Shown here: positions 1 through 10,088 of the stretch, piece by piece
Layout: every line of letters begins with the position of its first letter
Numbering within the stretch: the first letter of the stretch is position 1
Origin: Candidatus Micrarchaeia archaeon
GTDB taxonomy: Archaea; Micrarchaeota; Micrarchaeia; Anstonellales; Bilamarchaeaceae
NCBI GenBank assembly: GCA_041649555.1
Contig: JBAZMS010000001.1
Location: 331,122 to 395,121, forward strand
Length of the DNA stretch: 64,000 nt
Direction of reading: 5' to 3'
Position numbers and translations under genes: made by a program
Notes under the pieces: model-generated
Database searches by the model: none
What the model was told of the DNA's origin: nothing
Seen by the model: the letters and a program-made list of their open reading frames with translations, nothing else

Positions 1-1076
1 GCCTGTTGATTTTTTGATGGGTCCTTCAATTCAGCAGAGCCGACATTAAATTCAGAAACAAAAAATAAACATTCTCCATCCGGGCAGTTATGGGCCGATG
101 CCAAATCCGAGACAAAAATCGGCTTTTCAATTCCAAGGTTTGAAACAGCATCCAAATAATGGTCTGATGGCTCTATAACATAATACGCCCCAAAAAAGCT
201 GTGCTCGGGATTTGCATTTATTTCCTGGGCAGTTCCGGCGATTATATAATTCATTGCAATAAACGGATCTTCATCAAAACTTTCTGAGGCCTGATAAATA
301 GGTCCATAAAACCATCCTCCGCCTTTTCCCAAACCGGAATTGGATATTTTAAGATCATTGCTGTCCAAATCCGCAGAATATTCATCAAAATTGAAAAATA
401 TCCCCTTATTTACCTGTTCTGAATTTGGGTCAATTTTTTGCATTTCCCGTGCAATAGAAGGGTCATCCAATCCTTGTATTGAAAAATTAAAACTAATGTC
501 CATCTCCTTTTCAAGAGATGCCATTTTTCCAAGAGAGTCTTCAACCTTAAAATAAAGTGAAAACGAAACATTAACCGTATCAACAGCACTCTGATTAAAA
601 TAAAAATCTTCTATTCTATAATCTGTTATTTCCAAACCCATTTTGGAAAATGATTCATTTATTCTTGAAAACATTCCGGCAAATGAATAAGAGTAGTTTT
701 TTTCAGATTCATAAGCTAATGCTGCATCATTTTCAAAATAACCTGAATCAGCCAATCCATTAACTATTAAGCCATGCATTGAGAGGTTTATGTATTTATA
801 CTTCCATTCGGATTCAGGGCCCTTTTTTATTGGATTATTTATTGAATGCCCATTAATTGAGTAGAGTGCATATTTTGCGCTCACCTTTGAAAAATTCAAA
901 ATCATCTCATCAGATAATTGTGAAACTACATATTTCATATTAGAAATCCTGAATTCTTCAGAATATCTTTCTTCCTGCAGTTGAATTGATTTAGACCACA
1001 AGGAAAGATTTGAAATTATATATATTAAAAGTATGAGAGTGCATACAATAAAGAAAAAACCCTTCCGATTACGCAT
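1..1076 (-). CDS. Class III signal-peptide (pilin-like) surface protein, truncated by the window edge
   Basis: Not in the ORF track. ATG at 1074-1076 gives MRNRKG|FFFIVCTLILLIYII, a basic-Gly motif plus hydrophobic helix typical of prepilin-peptidase substrates. Appears to run off the window; overlaps the stop of the upstream paralog. Confidence 0.7.
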   Translation of the reverse strand, partial: MRNRKGFFFIVCTLILLIYIISNLSLWSKSIQLQEERYSEEFRISNMKYVVSQLSDEMILNFSKVSAKYALYSINGHSINNPIKKGPESEWKYKYINLSMHGLIVNGLADSGYFENDAALAYESEKNYSYSFAGMFSRINESFSKMGLEITDYRIEDFYFNQSAVDTVNVSFSLYFKVEDSLGKMASLEKEMDISFNFSIQGLDDPSIAREMQKIDPNSEQVNKGIFFNFDEYSADLDSNDLKISNSGLGKGGGWFYGPIYQASESFDEDPFIAMNYIIAGTAQEINANPEHSFFGAYYVIEPSDHYLDAVSNLGIEKPIFVSDLASAHNCPDGECLFFVSEFNVGSAELKDPSKNQQ

Positions 1077-1602
1077 ATACAATTAACCTCACAACAATTA
1101 TTCTAAAATCTCCCGGCCTAAATTCACTTTCAGTAAGATCGCATGGGGTTTTTGTTCCATCACAGGTATTATACCCGTAAGGGTTTGAATCATCCGGATA
1201 CTGGGAGTCATAATCCAAAACAACGCCATAGGATACAGCCCTTAATTTTTTATATGCCATGTCCCCATTTGATGCTATTTCAACCCAATTTTCTCCGTCC
1301 TGTTTTTCAAAAATGTAATAAAATTGAGAGGGGACAAGTTTATCAAGATAATTTTTTGCATAAGTTCCATCCTTGAAAACAAGGTATCCAAGCAAACTTT
1401 CCTGTGAGTTTGGATCCGGTGATGAAAGAAGCGAAAAAGACTGCAATGTGTCTTTTGCAACCTGATTTGCCTGCATTAAGGAATGATAATAATTATAAGG
1501 AACAGTAATAAAATAAATAAGGGAATAAATTGCAACAAGAGTAAGGGTGAATGCTAGAAAAGCATCAATTGAGTATACAAAACCTTTTCTTGAATTATCC
1601 AT
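1069..1602 (-). CDS. Class III signal-peptide (pilin-like) protein
   Basis: N-terminus SRKG|FVYSIDAFLAFTL followed by a TM helix; one Cys pair near the C-terminus. Confidence 0.7.
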   Translation of the reverse strand: MDNSRKGFVYSIDAFLAFTLTLVAIYSLIYFITVPYNYYHSLMQANQVAKDTLQSFSLLSSPDPNSQESLLGYLVFKDGTYAKNYLDKLVPSQFYYIFEKQDGENWVEIASNGDMAYKKLRAVSYGVVLDYDSQYPDDSNPYGYNTCDGTKTPCDLTESEFRPGDFRIIVVRLIVYA

Positions 1603-1717
1603 TATATAAAGGATATATTAGAATATTTAAAAAGATATATGGCTATCGTCAAGAGTAGAATCTGCTTTGCTGGCACCTGAATTGCTGACTGGCCTGATTT
1701 GCCTGATGCAAAAGATA

Positions 1718-2056
1718 TTATTCAGGGATGCAGCCAGAATATTTAGTTCCGCATTCATTGCACAGATAATACCCCTTAACACAGCCCATCCAGCATCTTT
1801 TTTTGGAGTCCGGCTCACAGATTTTTGAAACAGTGCAAGGCCCCCATTCATTTCTTGCAGAACAATACAGATATCCAGCGCACCCGTTATCAGTCAGGCA
1901 TTCTTTTTTCTCTCCCATAGAACATTCTGTTGTGATTATAATTTCTTTTTGGTTTGAAATACTTTCTTTTGGAAAACAAAAAAAAGAGTATACAATAACT
2001 AAAATAAGGACTATAAAAAGGATAACTGGAAAATAGTTCTCAATTTTAAAGCCCAA
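1718..2056 (-). CDS. Small membrane-anchored Cys-rich protein
   Basis: N-terminal TM helix followed by a dense series of cysteines. Confidence 0.6.
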   Translation of the reverse strand: MGFKIENYFPVILFIVLILVIVYSFFCFPKESISNQKEIIITTECSMGEKKECLTDNGCAGYLYCSARNEWGPCTVSKICEPDSKKRCWMGCVKGYYLCNECGTKYSGCIPE

Positions 2057-2060
2057 GAAA

Positions 2061-3017
2061 TCACCCTGCCAAATATTTTAATCCATATGAATTTGAAGAG
2101 TAGAAAAAACCCCTAAAAAAACCTGCCACATCAAAAAGGGATGTTTTTTGCTCCCCAATAGATATCTTGCATATCCTTGGTTCCCCCTCTATTCCTGCAA
2201 GCTCTGCTGCCTTGTTTATTGCATCCTTTTTTGTTCCAAGCCCGTCAATCAGCCCTATTTTTTTTGCCTGCGTTCCAAGCATTATCCGTGCATCCAAAAC
2301 CTCTTCAAAAGAAGCCATATCAAGTTTTTCTTTTCTGTTTTCAAGAATAACTGATTTGAAATCCATAAAAACTTCATTGGATATCCCCTGAAGTATTTCT
2401 TTTTGTTCCTCACTCATTGGTGTTGTTTGGCTTCCAAGGTCTTTATTTACTCCTGATTTTATTGTTGTTGCATTTATTCCAAGATTTTTCATGAGCCCTG
2501 AAAATTCAACAGACTGCGAAATAACCCCAATACTTCCGGTTATTGCGTAAGGCTCTGAAATTATATAATCCGAAGGAGTTGCAATATAATATCCTCCTGA
2601 TGCTGCAACCTCCCTAAAATATGCAACCTTTGGAATGGAGAGGGATTTATATGCAGCATATATTTCGCGTGTTGCAACAACCGAGCCACCCGGAGAATTA
2701 ACGATAAGAACTACTGCGCCAATATCAGGTCTTCCTTCAATTTCTGAAATTTTTAGTGCAATTGATTCTGAGCCCAGCACTTCATTTGAAAATATTGTAG
2801 CTGGGATATCATCTGAATGCAGTTCCCCGTTTATTTCTACTACTGCAATACATTTGTCAAAAACCGAAGGGAATACGATCCCTGAAATTAAATATAAAAA
2901 TGCTATAAGTAAAAATCCTGCTCCAAGGATAAAAATAATCAGGTATGCGAGGGATGTTTTTGATTTTTCAGGAATAATTTCTCTTAGAGGGGTTTGCATT
3001 TTTTTAGTATTTTTCAT
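2061..3017 (-). CDS. sppA: Signal peptide peptidase SppA (S49)
   Basis: Motifs NSPGGS, AASGGYYIA and TGSIGV; N-terminal TM helix. Confidence 0.92.
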   Translation of the reverse strand: MKNTKKMQTPLREIIPEKSKTSLAYLIIFILGAGFLLIAFLYLISGIVFPSVFDKCIAVVEINGELHSDDIPATIFSNEVLGSESIALKISEIEGRPDIGAVVLIVNSPGGSVVATREIYAAYKSLSIPKVAYFREVAASGGYYIATPSDYIISEPYAITGSIGVISQSVEFSGLMKNLGINATTIKSGVNKDLGSQTTPMSEEQKEILQGISNEVFMDFKSVILENRKEKLDMASFEEVLDARIMLGTQAKKIGLIDGLGTKKDAINKAAELAGIEGEPRICKISIGEQKTSLFDVAGFFRGFFYSSNSYGLKYLAG

Positions 3018-3072
3018 AAATTGAATAAAAAAGAAAGTATATAAAAATCTTTATCAGAAAAGAGTATATCAT

Positions 3073-3594
3073 ATGTTTGAAAATCTTGATTTTCTTGAAA
3101 TAATTATATTTATTCTTCCGGCATATATCGCAAATTCAGTCCCGGTTCTTGTAGGAGGGGGTTTGCCGGTTGATTTTGGGAAAAAATTTATGGGCCTTAG
3201 ACTTTTTGGGGACAGCAAAACCCTGCAGGGTTTCATTGGAGGGGTTTGCGCAGGAATTATTGCATCATTTCTTCTTACAAAGTTTTTCTATATTGATATC
3301 TTCGGTTCAGAGAGGTTGCAGTTTGCTTCAGGTTGTCTTCTATCCTTTGGAACAATGGCAGGAGACCTTGCAGGAAGCTTCATAAAAAGAAGGATGGGGT
3401 TAGCCCCGGGAAAACCATTCATATTAGACCAGCTTTTCTTTTTAGTAGTGGCCTTAATTATGGCATATCCCTTCTCTCCGGCAAAATTCTATCAATTATC
3501 CACTTTGGCATTTCTTTTCATAATTACTTATTTTGCCCATATTGTTTCAAATTATCTTGCAAACAAACTCGGATTAAAAAAAGTTCCCTGGTAA
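3073..3594 (+). CDS. carS: CDP-archaeol synthase (DUF46)
   Basis: Motifs PAYIANSVPV, PVDFG, GDSKT and GDLAGSFIKRRMG...DQL. Confidence 0.9.
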   Translation: MFENLDFLEIIIFILPAYIANSVPVLVGGGLPVDFGKKFMGLRLFGDSKTLQGFIGGVCAGIIASFLLTKFFYIDIFGSERLQFASGCLLSFGTMAGDLAGSFIKRRMGLAPGKPFILDQLFFLVVALIMAYPFSPAKFYQLSTLAFLFIITYFAHIVSNYLANKLGLKKVPW

Positions 3595-3796
3595 TTTGAA
3601 AGGCCTGCAAAAATATACTTAATCTACAAATCCGCCCAGAACTTTTAAACCATAAAATCAGAACTTTATCTGGAATGGCATATGGCAAAACTGGTTTTTT
3701 TGTTTTACCTTATCTTTATAAACTTTACCATTCAAATCTATTCTTACTATTTCGAGTCCTTATACTGATAAGGGCGAGCCGAAAGAGGCGATAATA

Positions 3797-4147
3797 ATGA
3801 AAAAAACAAAAAAATCAAATCAAAATCTGCTTGATACTATAAATAAGCTCAAGATGGAAAAAAAACCATTCTGGAAAAACATTGCAAAAATGCTTGAAAG
3901 GCCAAATAAGAGATGGGCCATTGTCAATCTCGATAAGATTGAAAGATATGCAAAGGATGGTTCAACAATTGTTGTTCCCGGAAAGGTTTTAGGAGAAGGA
4001 CAAATGAAAAAGAAACTTACTGTTGCAGCATACAAGTTTAGTGATTCTGCAAAAAAGACGATTTCTGGATGCGGGGGCAAAACATTGACCTTAAATGAGC
4101 TTATTGAGAGCAAGACAGACCCAAAAAATATACTTTTAATCTGTTAG
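3797..4147 (+). CDS. rpl18e: 50S ribosomal protein eL18
   Basis: [14 protein letters not shown] and VAAYKFS motifs; lies before uL13. Confidence 0.95.
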   Translation: MKKTKKSNQNLLDTINKLKMEKKPFWKNIAKMLERPNKRWAIVNLDKIERYAKDGSTIVVPGKVLGEGQMKKKLTVAAYKFSDSAKKTISGCGGKTLTLNELIESKTDPKNILLIC

Positions 4148-4156
4148 GTGATTTTA

Positions 4157-4576
4157 ATGATTGTTATTGATGGCAATGGAATGATTTTTGGAAGAATCGC
4201 ATCAAGAATTTCAAAAGAACTTTTGAAAAAAAACCAGATAATTCTGGTTAATGCTGAAAAAATTCTTATTTCTGGAGATCCAAAAGCAATAGTTGACAGA
4301 TACACAGTAAAAAGAAGCCTTAAAAACAAGGCAAACCCGGAAAAGTCATCGCATTTTTCAAGGGTCCCTAAAATGTTTGTAAAAAGAATAATCCGGGGAA
4401 TGCTCCCTTGGAAAAGGCCAAGAGGGAAAGAGGCTTACAGAAACCTTACTGTATATGAGGGAATCCCTGAAAACATAACTCAAAAACCAGTTGTTTTTGA
4501 AGATTGCAGGCCAAAAAATATCTCAAAATATATTACAATTGAAAAAATCTGCAAAAGATTTGGATATGGAGGTTAG
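4157..4576 (+). CDS. rpl13: 50S ribosomal protein uL13
   Basis: GRIAS, VNAEK and RGMLP motifs. ATG 4157 chosen because it follows an AGGTGA SD. Confidence 0.95.
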   Translation: MIVIDGNGMIFGRIASRISKELLKKNQIILVNAEKILISGDPKAIVDRYTVKRSLKNKANPEKSSHFSRVPKMFVKRIIRGMLPWKRPRGKEAYRNLTVYEGIPENITQKPVVFEDCRPKNISKYITIEKICKRFGYGG

Positions 4577-4580
4577 TTTA

Positions 4581-5168
4581 ATGGTCACAGAAAAACCTAA
4601 AGCAAAAAAAACTAAAAAACCAAAAGAAAAAAAGAATGAAGTCGAAATCAAAAAAGATGAGCCCGGAAAAGAACAGGCAAAAAAAGAAGCGTTGGAAAAC
4701 GAACCAGAGAAAAAAGAGCAGGTTAAAAAAACACCGCAAAAAAAGCCTGCAAAACCAAAAAAGAAAATAGGAAATTCAACGATTGCAAGAGGGAAAAGAA
4801 AAAAAGCAATAGCAAGAGCAAGCATAACTCCGGGAAGGGGAAGCGTAAGAATAAATAAAATGTCTGTTGCCTCCATTAACAATACCTATGTTCGTGAAAT
4901 TATATTAGAACCTGTAAAAATGGCAGGAGAAAGATCCACCAAAGTAGATATCAGAGTAAGAGTATGCGGAGGAGGAGTCTTAGGACAGGCGCAGGCCTGC
5001 AGAACAGCAATAGCAAGGGCTCTTGTTGATCATTTTGAAGATGAATCCCTCAAATCGAGCTATCTTGAAAGGGATAGATCTTTGCTTGTTGAAGATTCAA
5101 GAAGAACTGAAAGCAAAAAGTACAAAGGACCCAAGGCAAGGGCAAGATACCAAAAATCATACAGGTAG
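4581..5168 (+). CDS. rps9: 30S ribosomal protein uS9 with Lys/Glu-rich N-terminal extension
   Basis: GKRKKAIARA, GGGVLGQAQA and C-terminal ARYQKSYR. ATG 4581 lies just after the uL13 stop. Confidence 0.95.
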   Translation: MVTEKPKAKKTKKPKEKKNEVEIKKDEPGKEQAKKEALENEPEKKEQVKKTPQKKPAKPKKKIGNSTIARGKRKKAIARASITPGRGSVRINKMSVASINNTYVREIILEPVKMAGERSTKVDIRVRVCGGGVLGQAQACRTAIARALVDHFEDESLKSSYLERDRSLLVEDSRRTESKKYKGPKARARYQKSYR

Positions 5169-5177
5169 GTGTACAAA

Positions 5178-5378
5178 ATGGAATTTCCAGTCAGGTGTTT
5201 TAGTTGTGGCGGAGTAATAGCACACAAATATGAAAAGTATTTGGAGCTTGTAAATTCCGGAAAATCAAGAAAAGAAGCATTAGATGAGCTTTGCGTTTTC
5301 AAGTACTGCTGCAGGAGAATGTTTATCTCTCATGTAAATATAATGGATGATATAATAAAATATGAAAGAAAAGAGTGA
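5178..5378 (+). CDS. rpoN: RNA polymerase subunit Rpo10 (N)
   Basis: PVRCFSCG and YCCRRM signatures. Confidence 0.95.
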   Translation: MEFPVRCFSCGGVIAHKYEKYLELVNSGKSRKEALDELCVFKYCCRRMFISHVNIMDDIIKYERKE

Positions 5379-5385
5379 TGAATAA

Positions 5386-5458
5386 GGGGCCGTGAGGTAA
5401 CCTGGTATCCTGTAGCCTTGGGGTGGCTATTACCCGAGTTCAAATCTCGGCGGCCCCA
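5386..5458 (+). tRNA. tRNA-Pro(GGG)
   Basis: Acceptor GGGGCCG/CGGCCCC; anticodon arm TAGCC-TTGGGGT-GGCTA; T-loop TTCAAAT; usual position after rpoN; no encoded CCA. Confidence 0.93.
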
Positions 5459-5491
5459 AAGTTTTTTATGTTGCATTGAGGTGTTTTATAT

Positions 5492-6133
5492 ATGGAAGAA
5501 AAAAATATTCAGGAAAATGAAAATGATGATGGTTTTCTTGTATCCAAGGAAACATATCTTCAGGCAGGAGTTCACATCGGCACAAAGGTAAAAAATAAGG
5601 ATATGAAAGATTTCATATTTAAGGTTAAAGAGAGCACTGGAATTTTTATTCTGGATCTTGCAATGACCGATAAAAGAATAAGGGAAGCATCAAAGATAAT
5701 CTCAAAATATGATCCTTCCGAGGTTTTAGTTGTCGCATCAAGGGTTTATTCAGGAAGCCCTGCATCAAAATTTTGCGAACTTACAGGAATAAATCTTATG
5801 AAAGGAAGATTCACTCCGGGCTCAATGACGAATACGAAAACAAAGCATTTTACAGAACCTTCGCTTTTGATTGTATGCGACCCAAGAGGAGAAAGACAGG
5901 CAATTTCAGAGGCTGCAAAAATGGGAACCCCTATTATTGCGCTTTGCGATACTGACAACGAGACCAAATTTATTGATTACATAATTCCTGTTAATAATAA
6001 GGGAAAGAAATCCCTTGCCCTGCTTTTTTGCATTCTTGCGCGGGAATTAATGCTCAAACAGGGAAAAATAAAAAGTTACGATGAATTTAAATACAACCCG
6101 CAGTATTTTGAAAAATTGGAAGAAGAGGAATAA
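5492..6133 (+). CDS. rps2: 30S ribosomal protein uS2
   Basis: YLQAGVHIGT, GRFTPGSMTN and PVNNKG motifs. Confidence 0.96.
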   Translation: MEEKNIQENENDDGFLVSKETYLQAGVHIGTKVKNKDMKDFIFKVKESTGIFILDLAMTDKRIREASKIISKYDPSEVLVVASRVYSGSPASKFCELTGINLMKGRFTPGSMTNTKTKHFTEPSLLIVCDPRGERQAISEAAKMGTPIIALCDTDNETKFIDYIIPVNNKGKKSLALLFCILARELMLKQGKIKSYDEFKYNPQYFEKLEEEE

Positions 6134-6168
6134 ATTCCTCTCAATCTACTTTTTTCTCTTTATTTCCC

Positions 6169-7419
6169 CTAATTAAATTGGTCCATGCACAATTCATAGG
6201 TTGTTGCCTGGGTTTTTGAATCTATGCTGTTGCATATTGAGATATCATTATTTTTCTTTGCAGAATATTGGTAGCATTTTGCCTTCCATGATGTATCTGT
6301 TATATTTTTGCAGTTTTCTGGAGGGAGCGGTTTTTCAGGATTTTGTATTGCCTGAGGGTAGCAGTTATATTTTGATGATATTGTTTCAAGATAATTGCAT
6401 TTGTCTGGCTGGTAGTACTCTACTGCAAAATTAAAATAACAGCTCTCCTTGTTTGATTTTGCAAGAGAGTCAATCAAATCGCACCCTTCAAGATTTCCAG
6501 TTAAAAGAGCGTAATTTTTAAGGCATTTCCATTTGTTGTTGTTTCCTATACTTAATTGATTGCAATAAAATTTATCCTCTGTCTTAATCATAAATTCATT
6601 ATAGCACATAAAACTGTATTCACTATCTTCTGAAATCATTGCACAGTATGCCCAATCATCAGATGCTGTTGAATATAAATAGTAACAATGATCCTTTTCT
6701 GATAAAAATCCCAAATCCTTGCAGTGGTCTTTTTTATCTGCTAAAGAATAACATGCCATAAATCTTGATGCGGATGTGAAATTGTTGCAGACTGTCCAGT
6801 CAGACATTTTTGATGCATATTCAAACATACACTGCTCTTTCTGGCAATAACCTGAATTTTTATACAAAAGCGCATAACAAAGGTTTTCATCTTCCCCTGT
6901 TTTTCCATAGCAGGGATTTATTTTCTTTCCGCATTCAAGCTCATCAGCTTCATTTAAATAAATACATATCTGGGTTGAATTTTGAATCTGTGAAAAGTAA
7001 TTGACACACTCCATTTTTTTATTGTAATCTTCAACCATTAAACATGCATCCTCGCTATCCTTGTATAATGCCTCATAGCAATCCTGTTTTTTAGTTTCAA
7101 GCTCTGCGCATAAAGATACATTTTTTTCAGAAATTGCCTTTCCTAAAAGATAAGTTTGAGGATCAATTTCTTCAGGCTGGGTTTGATTTGTATTGTTTGC
7201 ATTTATTGTTTCATTTCCGTTTATAATGTCTTCCAAATCCGGAACTATTCCATTGCCTTCAGAAAAAATAAATACATATCCTAAAACTACAGCAACAACA
7301 ATTATTGCTATGGATATTGGAAGGATATTTGAGCTTTTTTTCCCTCGTCCTTCATAAGATGTTTTTTTCCTTAAATTTTCGTCTGGGCTTGGAATTCCTT
7401 TATAGAGTGATCTTTTCAT
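6169..7419 (-). CDS. Membrane-anchored Cys-repeat surface protein
   Basis: Single TM helix, Asn/Thr linker, then many ~25-28 aa C-x8-10-C(Y/F) repeats. Confidence 0.7.
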   Translation of the reverse strand: MKRSLYKGIPSPDENLRKKTSYEGRGKKSSNILPISIAIIVVAVVLGYVFIFSEGNGIVPDLEDIINGNETINANNTNQTQPEEIDPQTYLLGKAISEKNVSLCAELETKKQDCYEALYKDSEDACLMVEDYNKKMECVNYFSQIQNSTQICIYLNEADELECGKKINPCYGKTGEDENLCYALLYKNSGYCQKEQCMFEYASKMSDWTVCNNFTSASRFMACYSLADKKDHCKDLGFLSEKDHCYYLYSTASDDWAYCAMISEDSEYSFMCYNEFMIKTEDKFYCNQLSIGNNNKWKCLKNYALLTGNLEGCDLIDSLAKSNKESCYFNFAVEYYQPDKCNYLETISSKYNCYPQAIQNPEKPLPPENCKNITDTSWKAKCYQYSAKKNNDISICNSIDSKTQATTYELCMDQFN

Positions 7420-7511
7420 AGTAGAAAACTAATAACAAAAACTTTTTAAATGAATTTTAGTTTTTCCAAAGCTTTTAAATTATTAATCAATATCTTATCT
7501 TGGTGGGAAGC

Positions 7512-8759
7512 ATGCATTTAAACAACACAGATCCAGAAGTTTATAATTTAATTATTAAGGAAGTAAAACGGCAGCAAAATATGATTGATTTAATTGCCTC
7601 AGAAAATTATTCAAGCCCGGCAGTTTTATCTGCAATGGGCTCTCCCTTGACAAATAAATATGCTGAAGGGTATCCGAAAAAAAGATATTATGCAGGAAAC
7701 CAGTATATTGATGAAATCGAATCTATTGCAATAGAAAGGGCAAAGAATCTATTTAAAGTCGGCCATGCAAATGTCCAGCCACATGCAGGAGCAATTGCAA
7801 ATCTGGCAGCCTATTTTGCATTTATGGAAATAGGGGATACCTATATGGGATTAGAATTGTCCCAAGGAGGGCATTTAACGCATGGCTCTCCAGTCAATTT
7901 CTCTGGAAAATGGTACAAGGTAGTTCCATATACTGTTGAAAAAGAAACTGGAGTTTTGGATTATGATAAATTAAAAAAACAAGCAATTGAAACAAAACCA
8001 AAATTAATTGTTGCAGGCTATACTGCATATCCAAGAGAAATTGATTATACGCTATTTAGGGAAATTGCAGATGCCTGCGGGGCATATTTAATGGCAGATA
8101 TTTCGCATTTCGCAGGCCTTGTTGCAGCAGAGGTTATTTCTTCACCTGCCTTGTATGCAGATGTTATTACCTCAACTACACATAAAACCCTAAGAGGCCC
8201 GAGAGGAGCGCTAATACTTGGAAAAGAAGAGCATGCACAAAGAATAGACAAGGCAGTATTTCCAGGAATTCAAGGAGGCCCTCTGGAACATGTGATTGCT
8301 GCAAAAGCAGTTTGTTTTAAGGAAGCGGCAACCCCTGAATTCAAAAATTATGCCCAACAGATAATTAAAAATGCAAAAGCACTTTCCAATGAACTAATCT
8401 CACTTGGCTATAATCTTGTATCCGGAGGAACAGACACCCATCTTGTTCTAATTGATCTGACAAATAAAAATATTACAGGAAAAGATGCCCAGCTTGCACT
8501 AGAGGAGGCAGGCATAATTGCAAATAGAAATACAATTCCGTATGATACAAAAAGCCCGTTTATTACAAGTGGTTTGAGACTTGGAACACCTTCCTGCACA
8601 ACAAGGGGGATGGGGATATCTGAAATGAAGGAAATCGCAAATTATATCAATAAGGTTTTATCAGATATAAACAATGCTGAATTAAAATCAAAAATCAAAA
8701 TTGAGGTTGAGGGATTTTGTTCTAAATTTCCAATCTATAAAAATTATAAGGTGGAATAA
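7512..8759 (+). CDS. glyA: Serine hydroxymethyltransferase (bacterial-like)
   Basis: LIASEN, NKYAEGYP, GGHLTHG, PLP-lysine motif TTHKTLRGPRG, FPGIQGGP. Confidence 0.96.
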   Translation: MHLNNTDPEVYNLIIKEVKRQQNMIDLIASENYSSPAVLSAMGSPLTNKYAEGYPKKRYYAGNQYIDEIESIAIERAKNLFKVGHANVQPHAGAIANLAAYFAFMEIGDTYMGLELSQGGHLTHGSPVNFSGKWYKVVPYTVEKETGVLDYDKLKKQAIETKPKLIVAGYTAYPREIDYTLFREIADACGAYLMADISHFAGLVAAEVISSPALYADVITSTTHKTLRGPRGALILGKEEHAQRIDKAVFPGIQGGPLEHVIAAKAVCFKEAATPEFKNYAQQIIKNAKALSNELISLGYNLVSGGTDTHLVLIDLTNKNITGKDAQLALEEAGIIANRNTIPYDTKSPFITSGLRLGTPSCTTRGMGISEMKEIANYINKVLSDINNAELKSKIKIEVEGFCSKFPIYKNYKVE

Positions 8760-10031
8760 ATGCTCGACAGAAAATTAATAAGGGAAAATCCAAAAATCAT
8801 AAAGGATAACCTAAAAAACAGGAATCAAAAAATTGATGTAGATGGATTTTTGCAAAAGGATTTACACTGGAGAGAATTGAAAAATGATCTCGATTCTTTA
8901 AGGGCAGAGAGAAATTCTCTTGGTTTAAAAATCTCTGAACTGAAAAAAAATAAAAAAGATGCCGAAAAAGAAATAACAACTTCATCTAAAATTTCCAAAA
9001 AAATAAAGGATATTGAAGAAGAAATAATTTCACTTGAAAAATGGCTCAAAGATTTTGAGTTAAACCTTCCAAACATAATCTCGGATACAACTCCAATTGG
9101 AAAAAATGAAAACCAAAATAATGAAATAGAAAAATGGGGAAAACCAGAAAAATCTTCAAAAGATGTAATTGCCCATGATGAGTTTGGAAAATTTCAGGAT
9201 ATTTTGGATTTTGACAGGGGCTCGAAACTTTCAGGCCATAGATTTACTGTTCTAAAAGGATGGGGAGCAAGGCTTGAGCGGGCAATAATCCAGTTTATGC
9301 TTGATTTGCAAACTTCTAATGGATACAGAGAAATACTCCCTCCTTTTTTGGTTAGAGGGGAAATCATGCAAGGAACAGGCCAGCTTCCAAAATTCTCTGA
9401 TGATTTATATCAAACAAATGATGATTTATGGCTAATTCCAACCGCAGAAGTTCCATTAACTAACCTTTACTCTGGTGAAATACTTGAAGAAAAAGATTTA
9501 CCAATGAAATTAACTGCATATACTCCATGCTTTAGAAGAGAGGCAGGCGCTTACGGAAAAGACATAAAAGGGTATATAAGACAGCATCAGTTTGATAAAG
9601 TTGAACTTGTTAAGTTCTCACATCCACTGGAAAGCTTTAAAGAGCTTGAACTTATGGTAAAGGATGCAGAAGAAGTATTAAAATTACTTGAAATACCCTA
9701 TAGGGTAATAGAATTATGCTCTGGGGATATTGGATTTTCCTCTGCAAAAACCTATGATTTGGAGGTTTGGATTCCATCACAAAATACATACAGGGAAGTA
9801 TCTTCATGCTCTAATTGCACAGATTTTCAGTCAAGAAGGGCAAATATAAGGTTTAGAAATAGGGAAGGAAAACTAGAGTTTGTCCATACCTTAAATGGTT
9901 CAGGTGTTGCAGTTCCAAGGCTGTTTGTTTCAATACTTGAAAATTATCAGGAGGACAAAATTTTTATTGTTCCAAAGGCCCTAAGAAAATATATGGGAAT
10001 TGAAGAGATCGCACTTTCAAAAAAAACTTAA
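8760..10031 (+). CDS. serS: Seryl-tRNA synthetase
   Basis: N-terminal coiled coil; LIPTAEVP, CFRREAG, RQHQFDKVE and HTLNGSG motifs. Confidence 0.96.
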   Translation: MLDRKLIRENPKIIKDNLKNRNQKIDVDGFLQKDLHWRELKNDLDSLRAERNSLGLKISELKKNKKDAEKEITTSSKISKKIKDIEEEIISLEKWLKDFELNLPNIISDTTPIGKNENQNNEIEKWGKPEKSSKDVIAHDEFGKFQDILDFDRGSKLSGHRFTVLKGWGARLERAIIQFMLDLQTSNGYREILPPFLVRGEIMQGTGQLPKFSDDLYQTNDDLWLIPTAEVPLTNLYSGEILEEKDLPMKLTAYTPCFRREAGAYGKDIKGYIRQHQFDKVELVKFSHPLESFKELELMVKDAEEVLKLLEIPYRVIELCSGDIGFSSAKTYDLEVWIPSQNTYREVSSCSNCTDFQSRRANIRFRNREGKLEFVHTLNGSGVAVPRLFVSILENYQEDKIFIVPKALRKYMGIEEIALSKKT

Positions 10032-10088
10032 AGACATTAAAATTTATTTATAATAACATTTAAATAATCTTTCAAACTAAATTTAATT

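Noticed and set aside
1640..1717. Spacer with four CTGA motifs as a box C/D sRNA
   Set aside because: No C box upstream of the D-like motifs and no terminal stem.
3765..3784. Hammerhead-like string CTGATAAG-GGC-GA-GCC-GAAA
   Set aside because: The core needs CUGAnGA with a C3-G8 pair; here position 8 is A, and stems I/III with a cleavage triplet are not evident.
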